A DNA stretch of 64,000 nt. Source: Antedon mediterranea (taxonomy: Eukaryota; Animalia; Echinodermata). The stretch spans positions 9,238,001 through 9,302,000 of the forward strand of contig NC_092673.1 in NCBI RefSeq assembly GCF_964355755.1. Reading direction: 5' to 3'. Under the pieces are notes generated by a model that saw nothing but the letters and a program-made list of their open reading frames with translations, was not told where the DNA came from and ran no database searches. A program made the position numbers and the translations under genes. Of the stretch, positions 1 to 13,500 are shown in pieces. Position 1 is the first letter of the stretch. Each line of letters begins with the position of its first letter.

Positions 1-536
1 TGTTCAAACAAGAGTCACAGTGAACAAACCATTGACCTGTATTAGGCCTACAAGACTCACAACAGTGATTCATGCCTAATGATAAGCCTAGCATAAAACT
101 ACTGTACTGAATTTGTTGTTATTGATCATTTTTTTGTAAAAGTTTAAAATCATTCGTTCATTGTCATAGCTGTAACCGGCAAAGATGTCAATTACCAGCT
201 TCTAAATGCAACAAAAAAACAGTGAATTTTGTAAATAAATTATATTTTTTCTTATTCAGGTTATAGTACAGTACCGGTCATTAGTTTCCATTTGAGTTAG
301 TAGTTAGAATTAGTGTTTAGATCTAATTAGGGGGAAAAAATAATTGTTTTTTGTCAACCGCCACCCTCTAAAAAAGCTATAGGGAGATAAATAAACGTTT
401 TAAAAATGGCCAAAATCATTCTTTAGCGATATTATCATTTATAACCTAATAAGGACCTATTGTTGGCACATATGCATATGGTACAAGTTTTAACACATGA
501 CTGAAAAAAATGTAGACTTACATTTTTATTGTAAAT

Positions 537-599
537 TTAAGTATGTAAGTATCTATAGTTTACAGCCACCAATAAATTTAGCCTACATCCAGGTGGTAA
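537..599 (-). CDS. Candidate terminal exon of the RGS3-like gene (LPPGCRLNLLVAVNYRYLHT*)
   Basis: Phase-0 acceptor ctattag followed by a short open frame; no homology support. Confidence 0.15.
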   Translation of the reverse strand, partial: LPPGCRLNLLVAVNYRYLHT

Positions 600-1346
600 C
601 TAATAGATAGAATTGAAATTATAATAAAAGAGAAATACTACAATTGAAACAGATTACATTAGGCTGAAGACATGTCCAAATATATCATATATATGAAATG
701 AAAATAGGTTGTGATGATATGTAGACTTAACTAGATAACATTATTGAATAATGCAATATTTGTTAATTAAATAATGATTGAAGTGAGAAATTGATATTTA
801 TTATTATTAAAATAATTTAGTTCATAAAATTTAACTCACAACAACGAATTGTTTGCATTAATAATAAAATGAAGCTATGAGTTTGTTCCCAACAAAAAAA
901 AAGTATGGAAAACTGATCTGCAACTGGTAGTATTACAAGGTCCACACAAATGAACATTCCCACATAATAAAGCCTGTCTGGGACTTCGGCCCCTCCATCA
1001 GGCAAATTCTGGTTCCCACCCCTGCTTAAATTGTTGTTATCAAAGATGTCCTGGTGACATTACAAATGTAGGCCTATTCTTTAAAAACACTTTTTTAACA
1101 TATAAAAATCTACTGTAGTAAAAATTGAGTATGGGCAAGTAAGTATTTTAGACCAACTAGGCCATATTTTTCAATTTTTTACAGTCCTGAGGTTTGTTTA
1201 AAATCAGATAAAGAAGGGATGACAAAGTTCTCTGATAGTGTATAAAGCCTTTAAGGCCGAGTTGATTTCACTATTGGAACTTTTTGAATCACTGAAAATC
1301 AATTGACAAAATATTATGACATCAATAAATGAAAATAAAAGCTTAC

Positions 1347-1507
1347 ATTGCCTTGAAGAGTTCCAATCTTGAACTCAAGTACATACTGTTGTAGAAGAAA
1401 CTGCCAAACTTTCTTGATTCGACTAGTTGGAGCACCAAGAACAATCTTATTGTATTTTAGAGTTGCTGGGTGCTCTGATGTTACCATTAAAATGTTGAAT
1501 TCAGTGG
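1347..1507 (-). CDS. RGS3: RGS3-like exon, PH end (TEFNILMV...LGAPTSRIKKVWQFLLQ)
   Basis: PH C-terminal helix motif APxxxxKxxW; acceptor ttttatag, donor gtaagc. Confidence 0.85.
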
Positions 1508-4500
1508 CTATAAAAAATAGAATGAATGTAGTATACAATATTACAAATGTAACCGAATGTGTTCTAACAAATTTATGTTCGTAAATAACCTAAAAGAAAC
1601 TCACCTCGCCTTGTGTTAAATTCCATTATGCTAACTTCAGAGAAGCAAATAGGTGGAAACATTACTTTGATCTTATTTGATGATATTACTTGCTTTGCAA
1701 ATATCAACATATCCGAGAACAGAATTCCAAAAACCTAAACAATAAATTAGTATCAACTAAATTAAAAACTACAATCAAATGCATTTTTCTTTCTTACAAG
1801 CTCTTTTGATAGGTTGAGGAAAGTACAGTAGCCTCTGGCCACCAAAAAATAGATCTAGGGACATAATTATTAAGCAAGCTATAGCCAGTGGTAAACTTGT
1901 GACAAGCAGTTAAAGTTTGGATATTTTTAATCTTACAGATATTAACTGCTTAAAGGTGATATAGCATTTGATATCCCCGGGGGAATGACTTTTTCTCAAG
2001 GGACTATATTTTCCCTAAGCTAAGCTGAGGAAATATCCGTTTTATAGCCAAATATCGGTAAACCTGGCTGGCTCGGCTAGCATGCCTAGTTAGGCGTACC
2101 CTTGGTATCATAGCTTAATATCACGAAGAACGACATTTCACAATGTATGGTGGGAAGAATTCCCAAAACGTGTGTGCTCCCATTTACTTCCCATCATGTA
2201 TCGTATCTCTCTTTGCGATAAACCAGTAGCTTTTGTGAGTATGGACCAATCACAAACCTCTTTCGTTGGCATTTATAGAGGGCCAATTAATATAAGTCAG
2301 TCAATATAACAATCCTCCAGGATCTAGATTATAACTTATACGATCCTTGAAACAGTATTCATGTGATGCCATTTGTTCAATCACATTTTTATATACAAAA
2401 TTGCTAAAATATAAAATGTATCCATAAAAACTACTACTCAGATGCACTAGATGTCTTGATATTACCTCCTGTACTTTGTTGACTTTCTTTCTGAGAAACA
2501 GTTTGCCAGCATGAATAAAATCTCTTTCAGCAACATCAACAATAAATGGCTATAAAAATGAAAACAAAATAGTTTCTTTAACAAATAGAAATTACAATAA
2601 AGTAATAGACACTAAATTTAACAAAAGAAAAATATTTGATGAAAGCATGGCATTTTTGTGTTTATTTACATCCATGTGAGTTACAGTGTTTGCGTAGTAT
2701 GATTAGTATCATAATTGGTATCATAAGTATATAAATTAAGACACATTTTCCCATCAAAAATCCTTCTCATGTTATACAATACCCTAATTCAACCACATCT
2801 TTTGTATTGTAATCTAATTTGGGCAGCAGATTATCTAACAAATTTAGACAAATTAAATAAATTAATTAAACGTACCTTCAGATTTATTACTTTTTCTCAT
2901 TATTGCGCACCTTCTGAACCGATCTTTAAGCAACTCAATATTCTCAATATATACGATTTATATATTAGTTACAAACTGTATCTTTTATTTTCAAATTCCA
3001 TAATAACAATTTACCAGTGACCATGTCAAAATTATTTAACTGACAAAATCCCATACACATAAATTACGTAGTCTTGCTAAATTGTATTTATTACAAATAC
3101 CCTTCTTTAAATTAAAAACTTTAGAATTCTTCATTTTTGTCACTGGACCACACTTATGGAATTGACTTAATGACAACCTTAAGACACCAAAATCTATTAT
3201 TGTGTTTCGGGCCAATGTTAAAAATACTTAATTTCTTTATATAATGATTAATTGGATGTCCTACTGCAGTTTGTTTTTATTTTTTATTGATTGATTTTTT
3301 GTCTCAATTACTTTATCCGTTTACTTGTTAACTATATTATTTTAGTTTGATAGGGTCTTATTATACGTGACAAGAATAATTTTATTCTTCTAGAATAGAT
3401 CCTCAATATGATATTGAAATCAAAATAATCGTTAACAGAAAAAAACACACTAATGGTCATACACTATGGAAATAAATGATGAAATTAACAATATCCCTGT
3501 CTTAATGCATAGAATTCTATTCATAAAAGTGTCATTATTAAAACTGTATAAATGACAACTAGAAATTTAAAACAAAATACAATAATTACCTCAACTTTCT
3601 TGTAAAATACAATATCACGTTGAATTCCTCCAAGTACTATGGTTTGCTTTGTGTTTAGTTGCCTGGAACTCTCACCACTCATTATGGAAACACATTGACA
3701 AACACATCCATCTGAATCCCCAACATCATTCACAACTGGTGATTCCTGACTGTAGTCTGCATTTGTTTTCGAAGTCTGAATCAATTTGTTCTCATTTGAT
3801 AATTCATCTTCAATATATTTCTTGTCTACATTTTGTCGACTTTGAAGATCTTTCATACCTGGTTTTATATCACCTGCCACATTATGTAGCATATCAACAA
3901 TACAGACTGCCTCCTTTTCTTGCAGCACTTCATGTTTAATTGATAAACTTGTATCCACAGGAGGAGTGGCACTTAAATCACGAAGTGAAGATTCTTCTAA
4001 GGAAATTGAATCTTTTGAAATTACATATTTTCCATCAGAGCAAAAACCAAGTTTGTTTGATGGTGTGTTATCAATGGAATCATTTTGTGATAATGTAAAT
4101 TTATGCATGGTCTCAAGTCTTAAATGAGGATTATTCAAATGAGGAATTTTCACAGAATAACACATCTTCTTAGGCTGTGGAATGTTTTCCTCAGGGTCAA
4201 CATGTTTTCTTTTTTCTTGGGTGGAAATTTTTTGCCACGGATCTTTTACCTGTTGTATAGAATTATTTTGTTGTTTAATGAGATGTTTTGGTTTTTCTGG
4301 TATTTTTGGTTTGTTCATATTCACATGTTTTACTTTTTTTGGCTTTTCTGGTATCTTAGGCTTTTCTGATATCTTAAATTTTCTTGGTGGTTTGCAAATG
4401 TTTTCTGCTTTAATTGGCATTTCAAATACTTTTGGCTTCAATGGTGTCTTTGGTTTTGGTACTACTGGAGATTTTTTCTGAAAAAAGGGCAAGCTAAAAA

Positions 4501-7500
4501 CTGATGCAGTATCTGCAACACCTGTAGCTTCCAACTTTTCCAGTAGCATTTCCTCATACATGCTGTCATGTTTTTCGAAAGATTCATCTGACAAAGAGGA
4601 TGTGGATATAAAGGAAGAATCACATAAAATAGAGTTGTCATGACCATCTATTAATTCAGGTGACATACAACTGACATAATTCAATCCGTTGGGTTCATCA
4701 GTTGGACTGGATTGCATCATGGGCAGCAGATTGGAACTGCTATTGTTAACAAAATTGGTTTTCTCTTCAACATCTTCAAATGCAGATTTCAATGATGAAG
4801 TCATTCTTACTGACTCTAAAGAGCTTTGAAATGGCTGGACTGATGTGGACGGCAAATTTGGGATTGCATTCTTGTTTATTGGTAAACTTGGGGGATTTAC
4901 TGATGGACACACTTTATCAAGAGTTAAGGATGGAACAAATTGACATTGCTTTTTAGAATTTGGATGGAGTTTTTTAATGTACAGCGAGGACGGATGCTTA
5001 AAAAGAGACTGCTTTTCAATTTCACCAATATGGACATTAGTCTTGTTAAGTTCTTGAACATTTCTTGTATCAGGCAGCGATTCCTTGGGAGTGTGCAAAT
5101 GAGTTGGAGCCATTGTCAACCTTCTCACCGAGAGAGCTGGTGTTACAGATAATGTCTGTGTAGACAAGGTCATAAGGTTTTCTGTAATGTTAGCATAAGG
5201 CTGTACAAGTAGACAAAGTTTCCCAGGTGCTTGCCTATTAGAAGGAACAAAACATTATAACTTAAATTATAAATTATATACAATTGAAAAATAGACATTT
5301 ATGTAATTTGAAGACATTATCTTTATAGTAGCAGAACATCATAAAGCTGTCTATGGATTATATTTGACCATCATTAAATTCAAAATAACTTTCTCAAAAT
5401 AAAACTCATCAATCATGTTGGTTGGGTTCCATATTTTTGGCTTGATTTAGTGTCAAAATTGTCCCATTTGTGACGAATGACGAACAACAGGAACTGTAAA
5501 ACTTACAGAGTATAGCGTTTCTTAACAAATTTATTGTCATGTAAAAAGATTTTTTTCTTTCTTTTTACTTAAATAATTTTTTAAGAATTTTGCTACATAA
5601 AATAACAAAATTAAACTTAAACTAAATTTGTAAATGTTTTACATTGATCCCTTTTAAAACCTCAAGAGAAGAGATACAATTTTAAACGTACGCAATGAGA
5701 TCAACAATTGTCTTGCCACTACTTCCTACAACATTGAAGCCATTCAGTTCCAAAAAAAGATCATTACATTCAAGACCAACCTTCTCAGCCGGACCACCTA
5801 AAACACATCAAAATCATCAATTAGTTCAAGCAATTTCTGTGAAATCCTGATATAATTATACTCATCAATCTTTTTACATATTAGTAATTGAAAATTGAAT
5901 ACTTATAGACACCTGTTCAGGTAACTGATTTAACAACGTAATGTTATCTGAAATTGATTATGTAGATAACCCTTGTCATTACCATTCTTTACCAGCTAGG
6001 CCTACAGGTAATGCACTGATTCTCTATTTATATATAACCATAAAACTTTTACATGATTTTAGACAAGAATGACCTGGTTTATGTTTTAAAAGTAATATAA
6101 TTATATGCATTATTTTTACAAAACATCAACAATTGTAGGTCTAGTGTCTTTAATAAAATTCATATCAAGCGTCAACTTTCTATGGAGTAAAAATGATGTG
6201 TTCCATAACAAATTATTTTCCATGTGTCCTATTTTCCTTCAAATTTTAATATTTTTGTGGATAATCAATCACATGTGCTGCTAAAACTTTTATTTAGTGA
6301 CGTCTTCATGGCTAAAAATTTGAATAACATGTTTCACGTAATTTTAACTTATACAATATATTTGAATCTGTATTTATAGATCATCAGAAGGAAAGGTAAC
6401 TTTGATGGTTATAACTTATAGAAGCTGCTGAATTGTTGATAAGAATTAATGTAAAAAGTTTGTGGTGTCATCATACGTCCACATATTATATGCGGAGTTA
6501 CGACATTGGGTTAAAGACACATATGCAGTAGCTCTTCTTCTGTGGAAACTCATTTATATATTCATCACTCATTCATTATCTCAATAGTTATTTTTTTAAA
6601 TAAGTAGTTGGTCGCTTTCTTGTAGATGCTTTAATTGTAGAATGTAATTATTTTGTTTATTTCTGTGCACTATTCTGGATTGACCAACTAGCATAGGTGT
6701 TTAGCACCTGTTTGGTCTTTCCTTGCCTTTTATATTTCGTTTTTTCTTTGTATTGTATTTGTATATGGCAGAAATTGAATCACATTATTGATCAGTAAAG
6801 TTATGGTAATTCTGATATTTGTCTTTTACTGCACATTATTTAAAATGTATTATAATACTGTAAGTTACTGTAGGTTATCTTAACCATTTCAATTCATCAT
6901 TCCCCATCTATTTCTATTAAATTATCTTTGATCCGTCACTGTACGGAGCACAAAAGCAATGTTGAAGCTTGTTAAAGAATATTTTTGTTTTTTCATTGTT
7001 AAGTTCTGCAAATACTGAATGTTTCGATTACCTTTCATAAGGGACCACCAGGATTTCTTTCCCTTTTGAAAATGAGAATATTGCCTGTTTCCTTAGTTGA
7101 CGACACATCGACTCAGATATATTACTGACCCTTATCACTGCCTTTGACAATAATGCTTTAGATTTTTACTTTCATTGGCTAATAAAAACTGCAACCCACA
7201 ACTCACTATACAGACAGACTTCCATTTTTATCAAGGGCATATCATTACTATGAGCCTCAATATGGTTGCTTGCCACAGATATTTCCTGTACAACTTATTG
7301 ATACTAGATGGCACGCTCGCTTCGCTCGCGTACCATCTAGGTCGTGCCCACAGATGGTTCTCGAATACACAGTATTTTCCAGCGAGAAAAAAATGGAGAT
7401 TTCAAATATACGTACTGCAGGACTATAATACATTGTCGTTTACAGAAACGAATAAATATACACGATGATTTATGTAGTCAGCTAAAATTAGCATCCTGGG

Positions 7501-10500
7501 AATTACTTCCGAGAGAGAAACAAAATGAGTCAAATTTTTTTATTTGGACTCATTTAAACAAACCCAATTTGTGTTTTGTATGTAACATTAAGGGTTGAGG
7601 GATGGGGGAAGAAGATAGGTACAAAGAGGAAACATTTTAAAATATATTCTTATCCACTCAGTAACGAAATATTGTTTTTAATGTTTTATAGGCCTACAGT
7701 ATAAATAATATACCACTAAATACAGTAAAACATTTACGATTTAATACTTTGTTAAAACTCTCACTGTCATAGTCGATTGAAATAGTAAAGTACATGTAAC
7801 GATACACCACTACGTACGTTTATATATTTTTAAATTATTAATTAATACAAACGTTGAGAAGCAACTGTCAGTAATAACGTTTATTTATTTGTATATTATA
7901 TGTTTATAATCTAACAGTAGGGCCTACCCACACTCACAGTAATAAAGTTTATTTGTATATTTGTTTATATTATATCTAACAGTACCAACACTCACAGTAA
8001 GACATTTGCGATTCAAATTGCGATCAAAAGTGGTTAATACCTTAATACAGCATTGCAATACTATTTATGTTTATTCTCCAAGGGGGCCCATAAATCTCGC
8101 GTACCATCTAGGTCGTGCCCACAGATGGTTCTCGAATACACAGTATTTTCCAGCGAGAAAAAAATGGAGATTTCAAATGTACGTACTGCAGGACTATAAT
8201 ACATTGTCGTTTACAGAAACGAATAAATATACACGATGATTTATGTAGTCAGCTAAAATTAGCATCCTGGGAATTACTTCCGAGAGAGAAACAAAATGAG
8301 TCAAATTTTTTTATTTGGACTCATTTAAACAAACCCAATTTGTGTTTTGTATGTAACATTAAGGGTTGAGGGATGGGGGAAGAAGATAGGTACAAAGAGG
8401 AAACATTTTAAAATATATTCTTATCCACTCAGTAACAAAATATTGTTTTTAATGTTTTATAGGCCTACAGTATAAATAATATACCACTAAATACAGTAAA
8501 ACATTTACGATTTAATACTTTGTTAAAACTCTCACTGTCATAGTCGATTGAAATAGTAAAGTACATGTAATGATACACCACTACGTACGTTTATATATTT
8601 TTAAATTATTAATTAATACAAACGTTGAGAAGCAACTGTCAGTAATAACGTTTATTTATTTGTATATTATATGTTTATAATCTAACAGTAGGGCCTACCC
8701 ACACTCACAGTAATAAAGTTTATTTGTATATTTGTTTATATTATATCTAACAGTACCAACACTCACAGTAAGACATTTGCGATTCAAATTGCGATCAAAA
8801 GTGGTTAATACCTTAATACAGCATTGCAATACTATTTATGTTTATTCTCCAAGGGGGCCCATAAATCTAAATCTATACCTCTATGGTTAAACCAAATAAT
8901 TTGGAATGTTCCATTCATCACAAATCAATACATTTGTAAAAACGTATATTACATGTATCAAAATAGCATTTTTTAAAGAAAATCGGCCTGTCTTCAACAT
9001 TATGATGCTGTACTCGAACTGTTCAACCGGTTTTCAGCTATTAAAAACAATTATCGTAGGAGGAGATAGGAAAATGCGAAGTGTCCTCGTATTATTGTGT
9101 GCGGGTATTTTTCAAATTGACATCCATTAGACAGTGTATACCACGATCGGAAAACACCCCTATTTGGGGCAAATCGTTGAACCTAAATTCGTTTTAATCG
9201 TCAATAACTAATTATCGAACTCAATTTAATTAGTAAACAGGGTTACATCAGGTGGTTAAAATTAGTACCGAAAGTACAAACCAACTTTATATACCATCGA
9301 GTAAACATTCTAGAAATAACGCACGATTTACCGATTTTTGCCCTTACGTAAATTTATATATAGATTATCTTCATAAAAACATTTTCCTGTGCATACTGTA
9401 GTAGAAATTTTGTTTTCTGAAGAAAAAGACAAAACCAGTTTATAATAATGTCCATCATTCCCAAGGTCGCATAGCAGTATGATGTTAGGAGAATAAACTC
9501 ATCTGACTCTCTTCTTTATGTGTCTATCCAACGAACGTAAACACCTAAATATTTTCATTTCAATTCATGCTTATCATAATAAAACATTGCATAGTATTGG
9601 AAAACAATAGACTAAAGGATAAAATGAATGGGACATCGAAAATCATTGGCAGTAGTGGCAAGGGTCAGAGACTAAAAGAAGTCATTGTCAACTAATATAA
9701 AAAAAATCAATGCTTGGAATGATTGAGTTTTAACTGTAAGTGATTTCTCTTTTTTTTCTTTTTCGAAAGAGAAATCAGGAATCAATTCTGGCAGTGAAAT
9801 CCTGGTGGTCAAGTATAGACTAGGCTCGCGCTAACCGCTCGCCAATTCGCCAATGGCGACTGGAGTCTCCATTTGGCGAAAATAATTATTGCCTCGTTCG
9901 CCAAATTGGCGAAAATACATTTCCAAGCCTAGGCCTAGCCTGGTCGGCGTGACTTCTTATGGGAGCGAGAATTCGCCACACTTCGGTACTTTCTGACTCG
10001 GGTACACTTTTTACCACAACAGCATTTTATGTGACGACGTCACGATCGCCGTGTTCATTTTTTTAGTTCTGTTTAAACATGCGCAGAGCGTGCCTCGATG
10101 ACGTTTTAATGACACACAGTTAATGTGATTGGTTCGTGGCCGGTCGTCGTCGACGTGATGATGAGCGAATAAAAGGGGAAGTCCCTATTCTTCGACGTAG
10201 AAAATGAACTTCGAGAAGAAAATGTAAACAGAAACATGTGGACGAATACTTCCGTAAACGAGGCTGTTCTGTTATTTAAAAAGGGGAATTTTAAATTTAA
10301 CAAAGTAATTACCTCAATAGTATAATGTTAACATGTTTAATTTTATTTCCCTTTCGATTATTCTAACCGAAAGTTGCGCTTAATAGCTAAGAAACAACGT
10401 ATACTACAACGGCAACCCTGGCCAAAGCGCGTTTCGGCCGCCTACATAGAATGGGTTACGGCCGCTGCATAGCAAATTCAAAGCTTCTTAAATTTCTGTG

Positions 10501-13500
10501 GTACATTTCTTCCTAACGTACTTGTTTTATATAATAGATTGATAAATATTCCACTTATTAAATAATTTAATAAATCGGTAAAATTGACGTTTCGAAGCAA
10601 GTATTCCATGATGAGAGGCGACATTTTTCGACATGCCTCGTGTGCGGCGAATACTAGTTCAGAAAATGGAACAGTCCACTGTGCGGGGGTTATCCAATCA
10701 TTAATTAACGCGCTAATACCTAGGCGACGGTAATTTAGTAATAAGCGGAGAACTGAATCCCCCGTAAGGAAAATGGTAAACACTGATATTTATGGTAGGG
10801 ATTATTTTTTTCAGTGGTTGGTCTTGTTGGCTTCTTCGCACCAGGTCCACGCAAAGTCAAATAAAACGATGTGGTTTATCAAACAGAAATATAAATTAGC
10901 TTTAATTCATTACTAAATTAGCCAGATTTTGATAATGAGAAAGGCTAAAAAATTGTTATCGTTAAAATTGACATATGAGGCGGATGTACATAATAATAAT
11001 AACCGATTTACATATCAAAATAAAGAGTATTTAAAGCCTGATAACATGCAACAAAAATTACTCCACCACCTATTATGGACCTCGTGCGATCGGGTGCGAA
11101 AATGGGTAGGTGTTTTCCAAAGTTATTTTTAGCGCGCAGATTTCGGCTCGCCGGCTTTTGTACCTCATTTTTAACTCGTGTTTTCTATTAAAATATTTAA
11201 TAAACATAGATTAAAAATATATAAAAATAATCCCTTAAACAAGATCTTTCCAGGCATATAATTTTTATTCTCATGGGTTCATAAGAAATAGTATATTTTT
11301 AACTTCAAAGACACGTCACTTTTTGAAATTTCACGAACGTGTTAAAATCGCGGTAACGCCGAATCAGCTTCATTGGGATAAATAATAATAATATAAATGT
11401 AAAAGAAGTAAAATAACAAACAAATACATGCATTATTTATTTAATAAACATTTTTGCGAATTTTTATGGTTTTTTAAATTTGGCTAAAGGATTTTCAATT
11501 TGGCTAATGTTTTTCAAAACCTTTCGCCATTTTGGCGAACGAAAATTTGACCTTAGCGCGAGCGTAGATAGAGATAATAAAAACCTTTTTGCAAAACTAG
11601 GCAATGACCAAAATCTGCACAGAATAGTGTCTGGAAGTTGCGAAACATGTGCGCTCTATTTATTCATTTATTAAGCCATAAAAATACAGAAAAAAAATAC
11701 AGGACAAAAAGATAATTTCGTCATTGGCTATGGACAGCAAAAGTAAAATCAATTACTATAGTCCGCGGGCCTGACAGTAAACAAAAGTCTTAGTTAATCC
11801 TCTCTTTTAGAATTATTTTAATGATAGCAATGAAAGAATATGCCCTTTTGGTGCACAGGCTAGTGTTTGGATAGTCCAGAAAATCATGGATATGTTCCAG
11901 ATATTCACTGGGTTGGTATGTACATATTCTGGATTTACTAGATGAACTACTATGTTTTGTTCTTATTGCGATGGGGATGAAAAGGTGATAACCAATAATA
12001 GTAAGATTTGTTAGATGCATATATCCACCAAAGTGCTCAAAGCGCCTTCGAAAAACCAATACAATGGAAACTAAGCCGTAAACTACAAAATCTAGACAAA
12101 AACCACATTATTTACATTTTTACAAGTTAAGGTACACAGACTGGCTAGTACATAACTAGGTATTCTCAGTTGTCTGATTACATAGACAAAAAAAAAACAA
12201 AAATTATATTTAATAAGCAGATCAAATCAGATTGTTTACTGCCTTAAAATGAATATTTTTAAAAGTTTTGCTTTAACCATTTATCTTATTTAAGGTCAGA
12301 GTAACTTTTAACAGTCCGATTTAATTAATTGCAGTATTATAATTATATAAATAAAAATGTTATGAAATACCATAACTTTTAAATGATCAAATAATTTGAT
12401 TACTTGTAAAACCATCGATCTCATAGATTGGACAACTTTGCATTTATTTCGTAACTACCTAATACACATATTAAAATGTTGATCTTTGACCTTAATGTTA
12501 ACTGATGATGAATGTGCGCTTTTGCATTGCATATAATTGATTAACAGGATGAGAAAACATCAAATTTTATGTTAAATGTTAGTTTTTATTTGATTTTATA
12601 GGTAAGTTCTTTGATTGGTCAATATTGACATGACCCTGTCGCGAAGGATTTTTTTAAATTGAATAGATACCTATAATCATAAAAGTGTAATAAAATACCA
12701 CATTATGCTTTAATAAATTGGTTATAATACATATATTTAATACATTGTTGTAATTGGTCAATTTTGGACGTGGACCCCTTATATCTCGAAAAAGCTTCGT
12801 ATCCTGATTGATTACTTTCCAGATTAATAATCTTAAAAAATTGGATGGATATTTGTTCCCAGTCGGGTGGTGATACCCAACCTCCTGCCACCAGACTATT
12901 ATATAAACATATTTATTTCAAGTCATGGGGTAAGTTCATGCATATTTCACAGTGTATAGTTAAAGTGGAGCTCCACCCAGAAAATTACTATTTTTCATAC
13001 ATTTCAACTATTATTTAAAAATATCATCCCTTATACTTCATATTTTTTTGAAATTTTTTTCAATGAGTACGATTTTCTTGAAAATCACGCCTTTTTGCGT
13101 TTTGGGGGGATACCTTGTAATTTCCTATTCTTTTATATGCAAAAGGGGGGTATATTTGAATAATCCTAAAAAATTCATTTCTTCACCAAAAAAAAAATGT
13201 AAAATGTATATTTATGTAATTTTTCCAGATCTTTCTATTTCTGGTATTTTTATCACGTATACATTGCGCAATTTTGCGTAAATAGACACTTTCCCCCGTT
13301 CGGGTCCAATTGGGTTTTTTATTTTGCTAGGGAGTACGATCACGTGACATTTTTCACAATCACACTACTGCAGCTGGCGATCTGTTATTTTGTCGCGATG
13401 TTATTTTTGACGGGCGAAAAGTATATTTATTAAAACATTCTGAATATGACCCTATTATGTTTCACAGTGTAATAATGTGATTATGAGACTATTACTAAAA

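Noticed and set aside
1200-1291. Next RGS3-like exon after 1347 using the acceptor at 1292
   Set aside because: The intron would be only ~55 nt, and a phase-0 junction gives an immediate TGA; unsupported without RNA data
2317-2349. Third short palindrome (CCAGGATC...GATCCTTG) as another P-type footprint
   Set aside because: The arms are imperfect and there is no flanking target-site duplication
3521-5173. Stand-alone 550-aa gene
   Set aside because: Bounded by in-phase splice sites; it is an internal exon, and the hydrophobic C-terminal tail is intron read-through
7175-9130. Repeated short ORFs (MPTDGSRIH..., MFHSSQINT...) as a small gene family
   Set aside because: They recur only because they lie in copies of the non-coding HINE-like family A; no protein motifs
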